Source: Takakia lepidozioides
Lineage: Eukaryota; Plantae; Bryophyta
Reading direction: 5' to 3'
Length of the DNA stretch: 64,000 bases
NCBI GenBank assembly: GCA_030704615.1
Contig: CM060731.1
Location: 72,912,001-72,976,000 of the forward strand
Position 1 is the first letter of the stretch. The number at the start of each line of letters is the position of its first letter. This document shows, piece after piece, positions 24,101-39,073 of the stretch. The translations under genes were made by a program, and so were the position numbers. Under the pieces are notes generated by a model, which searched no databases, had not been told where the DNA came from, and saw only the letters and a list, made by a program, of their open reading frames with translations.

Positions 24101-25199
24101 ATGTTTGCTTTTTAGATAGCAAGGAGTCCCTTTTACAACATTATGTGTGTTATGGAGAGCTATGTGAGTAGGTCCTGCAGGCACTGGGATATGAAGTTGA
24201 AGGGGATTTGATTTCACCTCTTTGCATGGTGGCACATGTAATCCCTATTACATAGGGGGCTTATGTTGTCCGAGGATATGGGTATTTTTAAGGAGGGAGG
24301 GTGGTGATTGAGGTCACATTTGACTTTTACAAGATGTTTTCACTTTGCACCATTTATGTGTGTGGCAGTTAGGTTTTTGAATGTATGTAGCTAGAGAGGT
24401 CTCTGATTGGGTCTTTGTAGAAGGGTTATATGTGCTCGTAAGTAGAGAGATATATTTTTGTTGTGCTTTGAGAATGTACGTGGGGGTATGTTTAAGTTGC
24501 AGCCCTGGTATGACGTAGGTGACCATTTTGTGATTTTTGCAATTGTGTGTTGTGGGAAGTAATAGCTTTGGGGCATGTGGTAAAGCCTTTGTAAACGGCA
24601 GTGAGAAGTAGATACATTGAGGCGGTGTTTAACATGAGCAAGTGTTTTTGTGGGAGGATTAGATGGTGGTGGTTTAGGACACTTGGGCTGCAGCTTGACG
24701 AAAGTATTTGTGGTAGTTATATAGTTGTTGTAGAGCTGTGTTCTTGCATGTTTCTTTGACAGGGTAGTTGAATTTGATGGACTGCGCGGGTATGAGGTCA
24801 AGTGCTATCAAGGCTAATTTGTAGCTGCTTTCTTGGCACTCCCTGAGAGGGCTAGAACTGATTCCAAGTGTAGCAGCTAGGGTTATTTCACATTGGTGGT
24901 AGTGCAGCGTGCTTGTAAGTAGGCGCTTAAAGGGTGTATTGGATATATGAGGATGTTGTGGCATTGTAGTGGTAGTATTTTTCTGGTGGTCATAAATTAG
25001 TGATGTGTTCATAAAGTAGGTGTGGTATTTATGGTAATCTGAAAGTGTAAGGACTGGGCATGATTGAAGGGTTTGGCAAGTTGACTCGGCATTTGCTTCA
25101 TGCAGATCATTAATTTTTGGGGGCATATGATGAGCTTCAGGGGGTATTATGAGATGAGACATATGAAGCAAATATATTGGAGGGCCACATGGGTGATTG

Positions 25200-25830
25200 C
25201 AAACTAGAGTGGACCAAAAACGGCAAATCATGAGTACATAAAGAGTATATAAAGGAGGATGTGGTGAATCCTCAACCATCGGATTTGCTTCAACTGACAA
25301 TCTTGACCGTCTATTATTGACTGTTAAAACCAAGATTTTCAAATTGCGATAATATCAATTTACAAATGTTTTTTTGAAATTTGAGCATAATCAACTCGCA
25401 TTTATGGTGAATGAGTGCGTCTAATGAAAAAAGTTTTGTTATTTCAAAAGAATTTAGTCATAAAGGACTTTATGAAAATAGCTATTTTTGAGGCTCAATA
25501 TAGTACATAATGTTTTTTTAACTTCATATTTTTGAATGATAGTTTTCATTCCAGATTCCTCATTCTCCAAAGCAAGGTTGAGAGAGTCCTTTTCTTGATT
25601 TTGTTCTAACTCCTACATTAAAAAAAGTCCATAACGTTTTTTTTTTATGGACTGTAACAATTCCTTATGGACTTTTTAAAAGTCCATAACATCTAGAGAT
25701 TCTGGTTTTTGATAATGAGATTTAAAAGTGTGAAAGTATATGTAGATGAGCCTCTATATATTAGTCCCTTTTTATTGATGGCATTGTCATATAGGAGCAT
25801 GATAATTTACCACTATTCTATGTCTAGAAA
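25200..25830. mobile_element. AT-rich non-coding insertion (non-autonomous TE-like)
   Basis: Abrupt composition change inside the skewed region; inverted AAGTCCATAA/TTATGGACT motifs at 25625-25690. Ends not resolved. Confidence 0.4.
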
Positions 25831-28800
25831 AAACAGTGCTGTGACAGTAAAAAATGGACACTGTTGGTTGCAATCACCCATAGGCTGTGGGTGGAATGTC
25901 CTTAGGTGATATATTTCCTCACACATTATTGTTGTTGCAAAGCCAGAATTTATTTGGTGCGAGTTTCTGTTGAGTGACAGATTGTGGTGGCAGGGTGCAC
26001 ACAAATGGAGTTTGAAAATGGTAAGGGGAATGGATGCTAATGTCTTGGAGCTGTATAGTTTGCACTTCTTTTTTTGTGATTATAACGTAGTTAGGTGTTT
26101 TTTGGTGACAGCTAGTCTGCTTAATGAGAATCAAAGTGTGGCTTGTGGTGATTGATATGTAGTTGCAATGTGCTGTGGGTGTCTGAGAGTGGTCATATGA
26201 TAGCATTGTCTGCAAATGACAGGGGTATGTGGTTGTTTTTGCAGCTGCTATTGGTGTTTGGAGTAGAGCAGAGTGCGTTGGGCATAGCGTTGCTCTGAGG
26301 GTTGAGCAGGTGAGCCAGTATGTGATTAGGTGCCAAAAGGATCTCTCTGTAACATTTAGTGTTGCAGAGGGGTGTTTTGATCTTATATAGTTGTTGTTAG
26401 ATGGCAGTATACTTTATTTGTTGGTTGGGGTTGTGCGATTTTGCTTGAGGTGAGATGATGCGCGCATTTCCTTGTTCGAGAGGGTGGGTGGGCGGATAGG
26501 TGAATGCTAAGAGGGTGCAAGGCAATATATGTATATTTATAGGGTTCACAATGAAGGTGAAGGTAATTCAGCATGCTCAGTAGGCTGTCCTGGTGGTGTG
26601 GTACAAAAAGGAAAATGGTTTCATGTGGCTACATGTTTTGGCATTCAGTCGTTGAAGATTTATGGGGTGTGTGTTCCTGGAATTGTAAATTTTAATCATG
26701 AAGAGCATATAGACGCATCTATATGGAAAGTTCATGTTTTTGGATGGAGTATGTGGCGTTATGTGTGGTGTTTTCACACGCAGGTTGGGGCTGGACAAAT
26801 AGGCTGGGGTATAAATGGGGGAGAATTTGGTTTTGCATGAGGGAGTGGCTTCTGCGAGTAGGTATTATTATGCATCTTTGTTGCATGTGTAGTTTGGGTG
26901 TAGCACTTGTAACTTTTGCTTCTGGTTTTAGGTAATTGTGCAGCAAATGCAGATATAGATGGCAGGGGGTAGTTCTGTTTGTGAGGGTGTTTTCCATGTT
27001 CTGAGGGCAGTTGTGGCACTTTCTGTGTGATTTGGGCTCTGGCCAAATAGCAGGGGACTCTTGGGTATTTGTAACATGTGCTGGTTGGACTATTTCTGAC
27101 ATGCTTGGACTGTAGTAGGGTGACACGTAAATATTTACCCTCTGATTTTGTTGGTTTGAATGTGGAGTTAGCACTTTATATGTTTGGCAGCTTTTAGAAG
27201 GGGAGCTTGCAATGTATAGACTGTGGGTTGTGTGGGCATTTAGTGCTGGCTCATGTGGGCGGTTTTCTTGGTGTTCCATGGAAATTTCATGCTTCAACCT
27301 AATTGCAACAGGTGGGCCTACGTTGTTTCGCAGTTCTGGATAGCAGTGAGAATTTGCCACATTCCAGGAAGGCACCCACTATGTGTTGGATGACGTTTGT
27401 AATTGGTACTCAGTCTGCCTCAATCGCGCAATTTGCAGGGGCCATTTAATGAGGGCTAAGGTGTGTCTTGTTGTAATTGGTATGTGGTTATAGGGCACTA
27501 TGGACTCCTTAAAGCGGTTATATAACCGCATGTGTATAGGTTGAGCGGAGTGTGTGGTTCTTAGAAGGGTTACAATGTTACTTGCTTGCGTGTTTTGGGT
27601 TTTAAACAGATTGCTGAATGTGGCGTTTGGCCGCAGGTCCTTCAGTGCTACATCTGCATACAGTGGCTCCCACTTATATAGGTGGGGTTGTGTATAGTTG
27701 GCCAGGTGTTCATAGTAATTTTTTGTTTGTGTAGCATTTGGGGGGTAAGGTGGTGTGTGTAGGGTAGGGGAGGTGGTCAAGCATCGAGGGAGCCAGTGTT
27801 GGGGGTAGTTGTTGCAGCTAGTTGATCTTTCTTAAAAAAATTCAGAGGTCCGTGAATGTATATAGTCTGTTTTATGGGGAGAAAGCTTTGGCATTGAAGT
27901 AACCAGCATGTATAGTGATAGGAAGACCTTGGAGCAATCGGTGTTATTACATCATGATGTAGTAGTAGACAAGTAAAATTCAGCAGGTGATCAGCAGGCT
28001 GGTTGTTGTGGAGCCACCCAGTGAGTGAGGGCAGCCTGAATGTGAGACAGTGGTTGTAATTGGCCGGAAATATAGTCCTTCCAAATTGCTTGTTAGCGTA
28101 CTTCAGTGAGGGGATAAGTAGTTGGTATATTGTGTGAACAATTTGCAGCTTACAGTTTTGATTTCCGAGTTGTAGTATGGGTATAGGAGTTAGGGACAGA
28201 ACATGGTGTAGTGGAATCATAGGGGAGTGGTAGGGATTGTTTTGGTGTGCGAGGCGGTAGTCATTGCAAGTATATTGTGGATTGGGAAATTGGGTATCGG
28301 TTACTATATTAAAAAGTCCTTGTTGGTGGCAACAAGAAGTGGGTACAGGTTCATAGTGGCACACAGGATGAAGAGCAGCAGCAGGGGAGGGCAACATCAA
28401 TTTGGGATCGTACTGACGTAGCAAGAGTAATCGGTTAGGGCTATCCAATCGTCCAATATGACAGCATGATGACTGCAGTGGGGTGTTATAGGTTGCCTTT
28501 GGCTTTTGTTGGTATTGATGCTAATATGGTGATTGTAGTCTGCTAGATTTGTAGGTAGTTGCTTTTGTTCCAATAGTGTAAGTGGGTTAAGATAGATTTT
28601 TGCCCATACATGCGTTGTTTGCCCAGTCAGGCTGAAGCATGGGGGGTTGAGTGCAGGCATGATGGCAAGCGCTTTCGAGAGATTGCATGGTGGGGCGAGG
28701 TGTTGATGAGAGCTGGGCACAGTGTATGAATTGAGGGGAAAATATGCTTGACACCTGAGAGAGTAGTGTTGTGTGGTTGCTGTGTGGCATAACTTAGGGG

Positions 28801-29479
28801 CCAGCTGAACTAGCAATGCCAATTGTGCAGGATATTTCTCTTTTGTGATAGCATTGGGTTCTACATTTAGCTGTGCTTATGATGTTTGGCTCAGATTTTG
28901 GTTGGCAGGTCTTATTGATTGAGCTCGAGTTTTGGGCACAACATACATAAACATTATTTGTATAATGTTGGTGAGAGTGACAGGCCATTGTTCTCCGTGG
29001 CACTGGGACATCCTTTCGCCCTTTGTTGCCATCCTTGGATGAAAACGGTTCATTCCAAAGATCTAATCTCAGAGTTGTAATTCGGAGATGAAATGTCTGC
29101 AAAGTTTGCCAAGTATGCTGGGAGGATCGGATGAGGGTACTGCAAGATTTGTTAGTAGAAGTAGTTTGGCTTGTAATTTTTTACAGTATTATGAGTAGAA
29201 TTGTCATAGTACTGTAAACATACAGGGTATTCAGGGGGATACCAAGTGTGTAGTAGGGAATTGTGGCATGCAGTTCTGTAAGTAGTGTTGGTGAGAGAGC
29301 ATGAATGAACATTCCAAGAGAAAGGGTGCATAGCAGAGTAGTATTTGGTGAAAGAGAACACTATAGGTATTATATTTACAAGCAACAGATATACAAGGGT
29401 GCAAAGCAATCTACTCAAGGAGAACCACTCTTTGTAGAGATATGATCGGAACTCATACTGCTTTCTAGTCATGTCCTGC

Positions 29480-31379
29480 CTATTTTTTGGAGGAGCTGGC
29501 TGACTGATCAAAATCTGGTCCTAGATATTGTGGGTGTCCCGTTGTAATCGCGCTAGTCATTGGGCCAAGGATTGCCGCCTTGCTGCGGGTCTGTCGGGTA
29601 AATTTGCCAGTGGGGGCTGTCTTGTACTGAAAGAGGGCCTGCGATTCTTTGTGCTCCAATGCCAACTGAGTGTTGGGATTTCCAGTCACTTGTAGCTTGG
29701 TAAGAGCAAAGGCAGGCAGCTTGATCATGAGTGTATTAAACTGGGCTTGGTAAGAGGCCATGTTCTGAGCGAGTTCATCCGAGACAGTGGATTTCAGCGA
29801 TTCCATGTATTTCTTAGTTTGAGAGTCTAGACCCAGTGTCACCGTGGTTTTGAAGTCAACAATCTCACGTATATTTTCTGTGTGCTGTGCGGTCACTATG
29901 GATAGTAGTTCCTGTTTGAGACCCGCCGTGCCAGGTGCTACTTGCACTTGTATGGATTCCACCGTGTTTGCAAGCGCCTTATTGATGTCCGTTATCTTCA
30001 ACCGTTTGAGCGTTTCCGGGTCCACCGGGGTTACGCCGTTGAGGCTTCGGGGATGTGCTGTGATATTGATTGGTCCACCCATCAGGAAGATGTCCGTTTT
30101 GTTCTCCCACATGTTGTAGAAGGTAGCATTCTTACACGTAATGTAGATCGTGCCTCCATGGAGAATTCGTTTATTTGGTGGAGTATGGAGGAAGAAGATG
30201 CTTGCAACATTCTCTCGTCCGAACAACTGCAAGACAACATTGCAAATGACTCCTTGTGACGTGACAGCTCGGAGATTTTTAATGACAACTGTGAGCGCCT
30301 CTCTGTCAGCTTTGACAGCTTCAGGCGGAATGTCCTTTTCCGCTTGTGGTCTGATTGTGTTCAGCTACCTTTAATATCTCATTCTCATGACGCATGCCTT
30401 GAATGAGGGCGAGTGCCCTAGTTGCCTCTGTTGCAGTGTATAGGAACCCAAAGCGAGATTCAACGCCAGGCTTGCCAACATATAAAATTTCGAGATCTAG
30501 TCCCGCATTGTAGCCTTCGTATATGACATTGGCAGTAACTTGAGTTCCCTGGACGCCTATCATGGTGGAGCCTTTGACATGAAGCGAGAGGCGGTCTCCA
30601 CTGCTTTCTGTTTCGAAACTTTTTCCTACCTTTCCTTGGATGCTATTGCCCCAGACATTTTGAGTACAAACGCGCGGTTTCCAAGCAAGAGGTCGATGCC
30701 ATCCTTCTCAGGGTGCTTTAAACAGATTTTGATCAATCCTGACCATACCGTGGGATCTTGCCTGTGTCCAAATACTGAGATGGGGCGGAGCACTTCAGCG
30801 CCAAGAGGGATATTCATGTGTGCAAGGCAAGCCTGCGTCAGTTTCGTAATTTCCGAGCATTTCATTGCAGCTCCTTGTCTCAAAACGGATCAGGATCTGG
30901 TATCCCACCGATAGCCCTATGGAGGTGTGTATCTCGGTTCCCTTAGGTATCTGCGTTAGATGTAGGAATTGACCTGCTTTGTTGTGCGGGCGTTGGGTAG
31001 GATATAATATCTGAGGAATCAGTGGAAACGCCTTGGGGCATTCAAGTAGTTCTGCACACTCCTCGGGTGATAGTCCAAGTTAAAGCAATTCTTTAGGTGA
31101 TCTGTATTCTTGTATGATTGGAGCATCGTAGACCTTAGCGATGCTCTCCACCGTGGCGAATCCAAGCCATAGTTGGAACGTGAATTCCATTTGGTTGTGC
31201 TGAGGTTCCTCAGAGCTGCGACCTCATTTGCTGTTAGATGGTTGTTCCGAATGAGAGCTATTTGGGGTGCTGGCTGTGCGCTTGGCCGACTGAGATTGTG
31301 CTGTATCCTTGGGGAGTGAGTCACCGAGTAGGAGTGCATCCATGTTGTTCTTGAACGTCGAGGAGTGCGACTGCGACAT
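29480..31379 (-). pseudogene. ORF1/gag-like protein with RRM-like domains (~630 codons, broken)
   Basis: From ATG 31379 (MSQSHSST...), through stops and frameshifts, to LTVVIKNL...HGGTIYITC and RFGFLYTAT (RNP2/RNP1-like), then HPRSLNG and a helical C-terminus. Confidence 0.5.
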
Positions 31380-32776
31380 TGTCTAATCGTTTGCAAAGCT
31401 CGGCCTTGGAGTGATTGGTTCAAGCATGATTTTTGAGTTGCTGGTGTTGAGTGGCATGTAGTAATTTTTGGAGTTGCAATATAGAGGGGGCGACTGATTG
31501 TAAATTATCCAAATGAGTTGCCTTTGGTGACGTGTGTAGGGCACGTGTGATTTTGTTGGATGAGCTGGAGCTCTTGTATCGAATGCTGGGATAATGACTT
31601 TGGCTGCGGCTAGTTTTAATGGAGTATCAATTAATGTGCATTGATGTTTATGATAAGACAGAGAAGGTGGATGGATATGGCGCTTGTAGATATTTTTTTG
31701 GGAGAGGGTTGCCGTCATTTTAGTCTTTAGGGTACTTAATGCTTGGGTTAGATTTTTGTGCCATTGGGCAAAAAAAGCGGCAATAGGTGAGGTTTAAATG
31801 CCTGTGCATACTAAAGTGAGGTATACAGTGAGGTATATAGGAGTAGGGTTGGTGATTTAGGTGTGTAGTTAGTTCCAATGCTAGTAGCAATGAGCAGCTA
31901 GTAGCATTTGGTATTTATTGCAGAGATGGCGCTCATACAAGAGTGGCATGTAGCTGAAACAGCTATACACTGTCCGTTATATTCAGTTGGTTGTATATTC
32001 TCCGCTAAGAATTTGAGTGGGCACACAATGTACCTATGTTGCTCACTAGGCCATTGTTTAAGGACATGTGTTGTTGAATTATTCCTAATGTGATCGACAG
32101 GGAGTAGCAGTATTATGTTGGTTTGACTTGTGGCATGGTCATGGTGTAAAGGAGATCGATTTAGCTGTGAAGGGATTGGGGGAGCTGGCTGGTGGGTTGT
32201 CATCCAAGGCAGGTAGTGAGGGTTTTTGATATACTGATTTAGGTTCCTGAGCATGTTAGTGGAATACTGGTTGAAATTTAAATGAAGGAGTTGGGTATGG
32301 GCTGTTATTTCAGTGTTGTGTGTAGGTTGTACATTTGTTACAAAGCTTGGGAGTTTAGATGAGTTTGTGGCCACCTTGTGGCTCTGGAGTGAGTAAATAA
32401 TTTGGCTATATGTTTTAAGGAGGTGGTGGATGCTTCTTGGCAGTAATGGAGAGAGGTGTTTAAAATTATGTGAGGGTTTTAGAGATGGAATATAGCTTTG
32501 GTTTGCTTGAGAAAAACAGGTGAGAATTGGCAAGGTTAAATCATGGGGGTGTTGTAAGAGTGTGGCCACTCTGTGGCTCTTGTAAGGGGCGCTTTTGTGT
32601 GAGAGGATAGCGTCAGACCTGTGTTTTCTGCAAATGGGGTTGGGGTAATTTGGATTATGGCCATCTTGTAGCTTTTGAAGGGGATATATGTGCGTAAAAG
32701 GTGCCATTAATATTGGATAATATCGTGTTTGCTTATATCGATTGGGGTTAGTAGAACTTGGATTGATTGCAAGAAA

Positions 32777-34522
32777 TCAAAAGCAAGGCTGACTACACAG
32801 GCAATATGCAACAATAGAATTATAGAGAAGGGGGGACAACATTAAGATGTAGCGAATAATGCAAGGGGGTTTGGTGGGTAGTGGGAGTACCTCTGGGAAA
32901 TGATCAGAGGAAGGCAACACGTTGGTGTTGCCAAACCAGGCAGGAAGGAGGTGCACCTCCGAAGTTACTCCACACCAACCTCCCGCAGGGCATTCCAGAC
33001 TCAAGGGCAGCTGAAAGTCACCGCCAGTCCAACAAAGAGTCTTCGTCACAGAGATTGTCCACCATCCCCAACCTGGAGGGTTGCAAAATGGCCAATTTGG
33101 AAGCAAGCGACATCCGCCAGGGTCCCAACAGCCAAGTGTAAAGTACAGTAGATGACTGGAGGCAGGAGGATCAGGTCCAGTCATGAGATGGGCAGTCAAT
33201 GAGCCATCATGTAAGGCTGCAGATTTTAGATGGAAAAGATCCCACCTGTAGTTCAAAGTTGTAGGATTATATTGCCTCCTGGCGTTGTCCGCGTCGTAAT
33301 TCGGCAGATAGGGACCATGTGGGATTATCTCCAGCAAAGAGTTTCGGGGATCTCCATTCCTGTAGGTATGTAACCTTGATGAGCTCGTGTGTTTCGCTAG
33401 TGTAGGCAGATGCAGCAAGCATGTGCCAGACTCTGGGTTCTTTAATCCAAAAATCCACGAATGTGGGGTGTGTACCCCATTCACGAACCAGGATAGCGCC
33501 AGTAGCCATGCCATCCAGCCAAGTACTTGTCTGAAGTCTGTAAACTTTCTCATCTTCAAATTGTATTCCAGTGTGGATGGTCGTGCCTGTCCAAAACGTA
33601 GGAATCGCAACAAAAAGGTGCCTTGGCCATGTATAAAGACATCAATCCATAATTTGTTGATCTTGATATGTGGACCAGTGTGGGTAAGAGCACCGTCCTG
33701 TTCCCCAAAGCAGAGTTCTTGCAATAGTCCAAGTTGTCGCCAATAGAGGGAATCACCTATGAGCAGTGCCCACTTGATTTCTGCTAGTGGCAGCTGTATA
33801 TGAAGACGTTTGTCAACAATCTTTGTAACAGTAGCTAGCGGTGAAGTTACTGTTAGGCCACCTGTTCGCACAGTTTGAGCATTAGATGTTAATATTCTAA
33901 ATAGGGCGTCAATCGAGGCATCCACGACAACCTCAAAACGATCATACCACAAACTGTCTAACGCTGTAAGCTCCACATCACAGCCAAGTGTAGGCTGTGT
34001 GGGCTGAATTATGCTCGCTTGGCCAGATTAAGCACTTCCGTGAAACTCTTCTTGAGGTTGAGACTATTCGCCCAGGTGGTAATCTTCAAGTTGAAAGTAG
34101 TGCGTAGTGTATAATCCTTACTTTTCTGGAAGACCGCTAGGAATAGTACCTGATGTTTCTGCGTTTCGAGAAGAGGAGGGCGATCTCCAACCTGGCTCAG
34201 ACTCTGGGGCGTTTTCTGCACAAAATTCTTGGAATTCTTCTTCTTCCTCTGTTAGATAGCCCGTAGGATATTCTGCATTTCTGCTTGTTTCAGCCTCACA
34301 CAAAAGGTAGTCATTGTTTGGTCGATTGTTTTCTGAATGTGCCTTGATTTGCTGGGGAATCGTTATAAGCACCTGCCGCTCGTCACAAGGCTGCACGACA
34401 AGCCGTGGAAGTTGGGGCTCCGCCCTGATGTATGCGTCAGATGTGTTGAAGTGGGGATGCTGCGAGTTGTCAATAGCAGTTGTGGAATCGTTGTCAAAAT
34501 CGATGGAGATTCTAAGCGCCAT
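32777..34522 (-). pseudogene. Unknown ~580-codon protein interrupted by three in-frame stops
   Basis: ORFs 34118-34522 and 32777-33976 are in the same frame, separated by TAA, TAG, TAA within 33977-34120. Confidence 0.55.
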
Positions 34523-35559
34523 GGTGTACTTGCTGAAGAAAACTATGTGGGCTAGTGATAAGCAAGGCGTTCCTATCCGTCCTGGGGATTAGAGAGATGA
34601 TATCAAACAGGACAGCACTTCGAGAAAGGCAGCTCGAGCTGCCATAGCTAAGTAAAAATTTAATAGCGGTGGCTTAGTATAGCAGATATGCTAAAAATGA
34701 TCATCAGAATACTCATGGAAGCCAAATTTAAAGTGGAAACCTAAAAAATGGAAGTTAGCTTAGAGAAAACATATTGGAATGCGGCTAAGTCATTTCGATT
34801 GGAGATGTGCGCGAAGTTAGCGGAGCATTCGGTCCACCGCTAGCGTAAAATCGAGTTTATGCCTATAATCGATTCAGTGCCTCCTGGGTTCTGTGGCGCG
34901 GCAGCCCGACACGCGCACACCCTTGTCCATGAATCGCCCACGCCATCCCCGCGTACCTCGCCTCCCATTGGCCGGAAGTGGCGAGATCTCCGCCAAGATG
35001 CTGACAGGCCCGCGCTTGGTCACGTTGACTTGGATTCAGGGATGTATTCTGTGCACAAAATACAGGGCTCGGGTTCAATGCAGGGAACAATATTCAGTGC
35101 ACGCTTTTCATGGGATATAGGGTTCAGTAGGCTTTTCCCGTTCCCTATGAGCCCTAATTAATTCCTGGACCACTCTCTAATTCTCACACCCTCTTTCAAA
35201 CCTGGGCCTTACCTATTCACCTCTTTGCCTCTATTATCACACCTATCACACCATCCACTGGGGTCCATTAAAAGCAGGTGTGGCAGATTCTGCCACTTTT
35301 TCGGCCTAATTCTCAGGCCGAATCGGCCACCCAGGGCAGAATCGGCAGAGATGGCCGATTACGCTAAGCAGACGGCAGACCTACCACCGACCGAGGCCCA
35401 TGTCTTTAGCCACCGACCTATACGAATATCTTTTTGGCTCGCCCCGTTTATATCCTCCCCGGGGCTCTGAATCTGGGCAATCGATATGGGATAATTGAAC
35501 CTCAATCATATAGCGCCACGTAGCGGCGAGAATCCGCTACACCTGCTTTTAACGCCTGT

Positions 35560-35660
35560 GAACGGGCCGCGTTGGCCGAGTCTGCCCTGTGCGCGGCCAT
35601 AGGGCTCGCCCAAAGGCCGCTTACAGGGCAGAATCGGCCAAACACGGCCCGTTCTCTAGT
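35560..35660 (+). other. ~95-bp GC-rich hairpin ending just before CTAG-T; candidate TE terminus
   Basis: GAACGGGCCGCGTTGGCCGAGTCTGCCCTGT pairs with ACAGGGCAGAATCGGCCAAACACGGCCCGTTC; CTAG at 35656-35659. Confidence 0.5.
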
Positions 35661-36782
35661 ACGAAAAATATTCCCTCCAAAGCTTCTCCTCATCTCTGTT
35701 TTCTGCTGTTGGATAATTTTCTGTTGCCGCACTCATAGTAACAGGTCAAAATTACTTCAAAGCAACGTAGATCCAAGGTAACTTGCAGCACTCGACCTTG
35801 AAAATTAGGGGTGACAATGAGCGAACTTATGCTGCACAGCTTATGCACGACAAAGCTGCCCCTCTAGTCCAGTATGTGAGTCGTACTCACTTTCATCTGC
35901 AAGCTTCGGAGAAGCTCCACCATCAACACCAATATCAGAACCACACTCTGACATCTTTCCACCATCACCAGACTGTTCTCGATCTTGTGGCATCGCAGTT
36001 AATTTTTCTTTCACCCAAGGAGGATTCAACCGACCCTCCATCCAGAAGCCCTTTTGTGTGCGCCGCTTATGTCTGTAGTCTGGAGAATTTGGAGTGTTTT
36101 GTGGTAACCACCGGGGAGCAGCTGAACAGTCACAATCTCAACCCTCCTAAGTGTCTTGCAAACTCCAGGCGAAGACCTTGTGCATGCTACTTCCATTCTC
36201 CTACACAAGTCATGCCCATTGGGCTATTCGTCCTCATGTCTGGCACATTTATTCATCTCGTGATACAACCCAGCGAAACGCACTGAAAGGATCTTTAGAG
36301 GAAACGCATAGGAGGAACCAAAGAGAAAGCGGAGCCTGAACGCAGGAAGAAGGGACAAACGGACAGAGAATGGAGGTATGTAGTTTGCTCCTATGTTAAT
36401 GAGACGGTGGGCCCCATCACCCGACCAGCCTCATTACGATTCGGCCACACAAAATTCAGAGCCCAACCAACACTTGAGAAAACCACAGTGCAGGAGCGAA
36501 GAAACTGCTGCGGAAGATGCCCTCCTCTGAGGCGCTGATGTGCATCTAAGAATGCGCCAAACTTCTGTGATGTAAAAGGACGTAAGAGGACGACATAAAC
36601 CAGCTTCATGACAGTACATAAAAGGTGAGGCACACCTCCTCACTCCCAGCAAATTGAGAAGACGACTCTACATCTGAATCACAGATCTAGTGCAGAAATT
36701 TGCGAACACTTCTTGACACTGCCTGGGGGACGGAGGTGAGTTTCGACCGATCCACCTGAGTTTGAAAGTTTGAGCTTGTATC

Positions 36783-39073
<2,291 letters not shown>

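Larger units (their letters stand above)
23110..34522 (-). mobile_element. Large degenerate multi-ORF element, probably a non-LTR (LINE-like) retroelement lacking its RT end
   Basis: Persistent strand skew (minus strand C/A-rich) and co-oriented broken ORFs. An RRM-like ORF1 at 29480-31379 is followed by ~6 kb of decayed coding-like sequence ending in PLICLTWNVSS (~23200-23235), resembling the start of an APE endonuclease. Confidence 0.45.
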
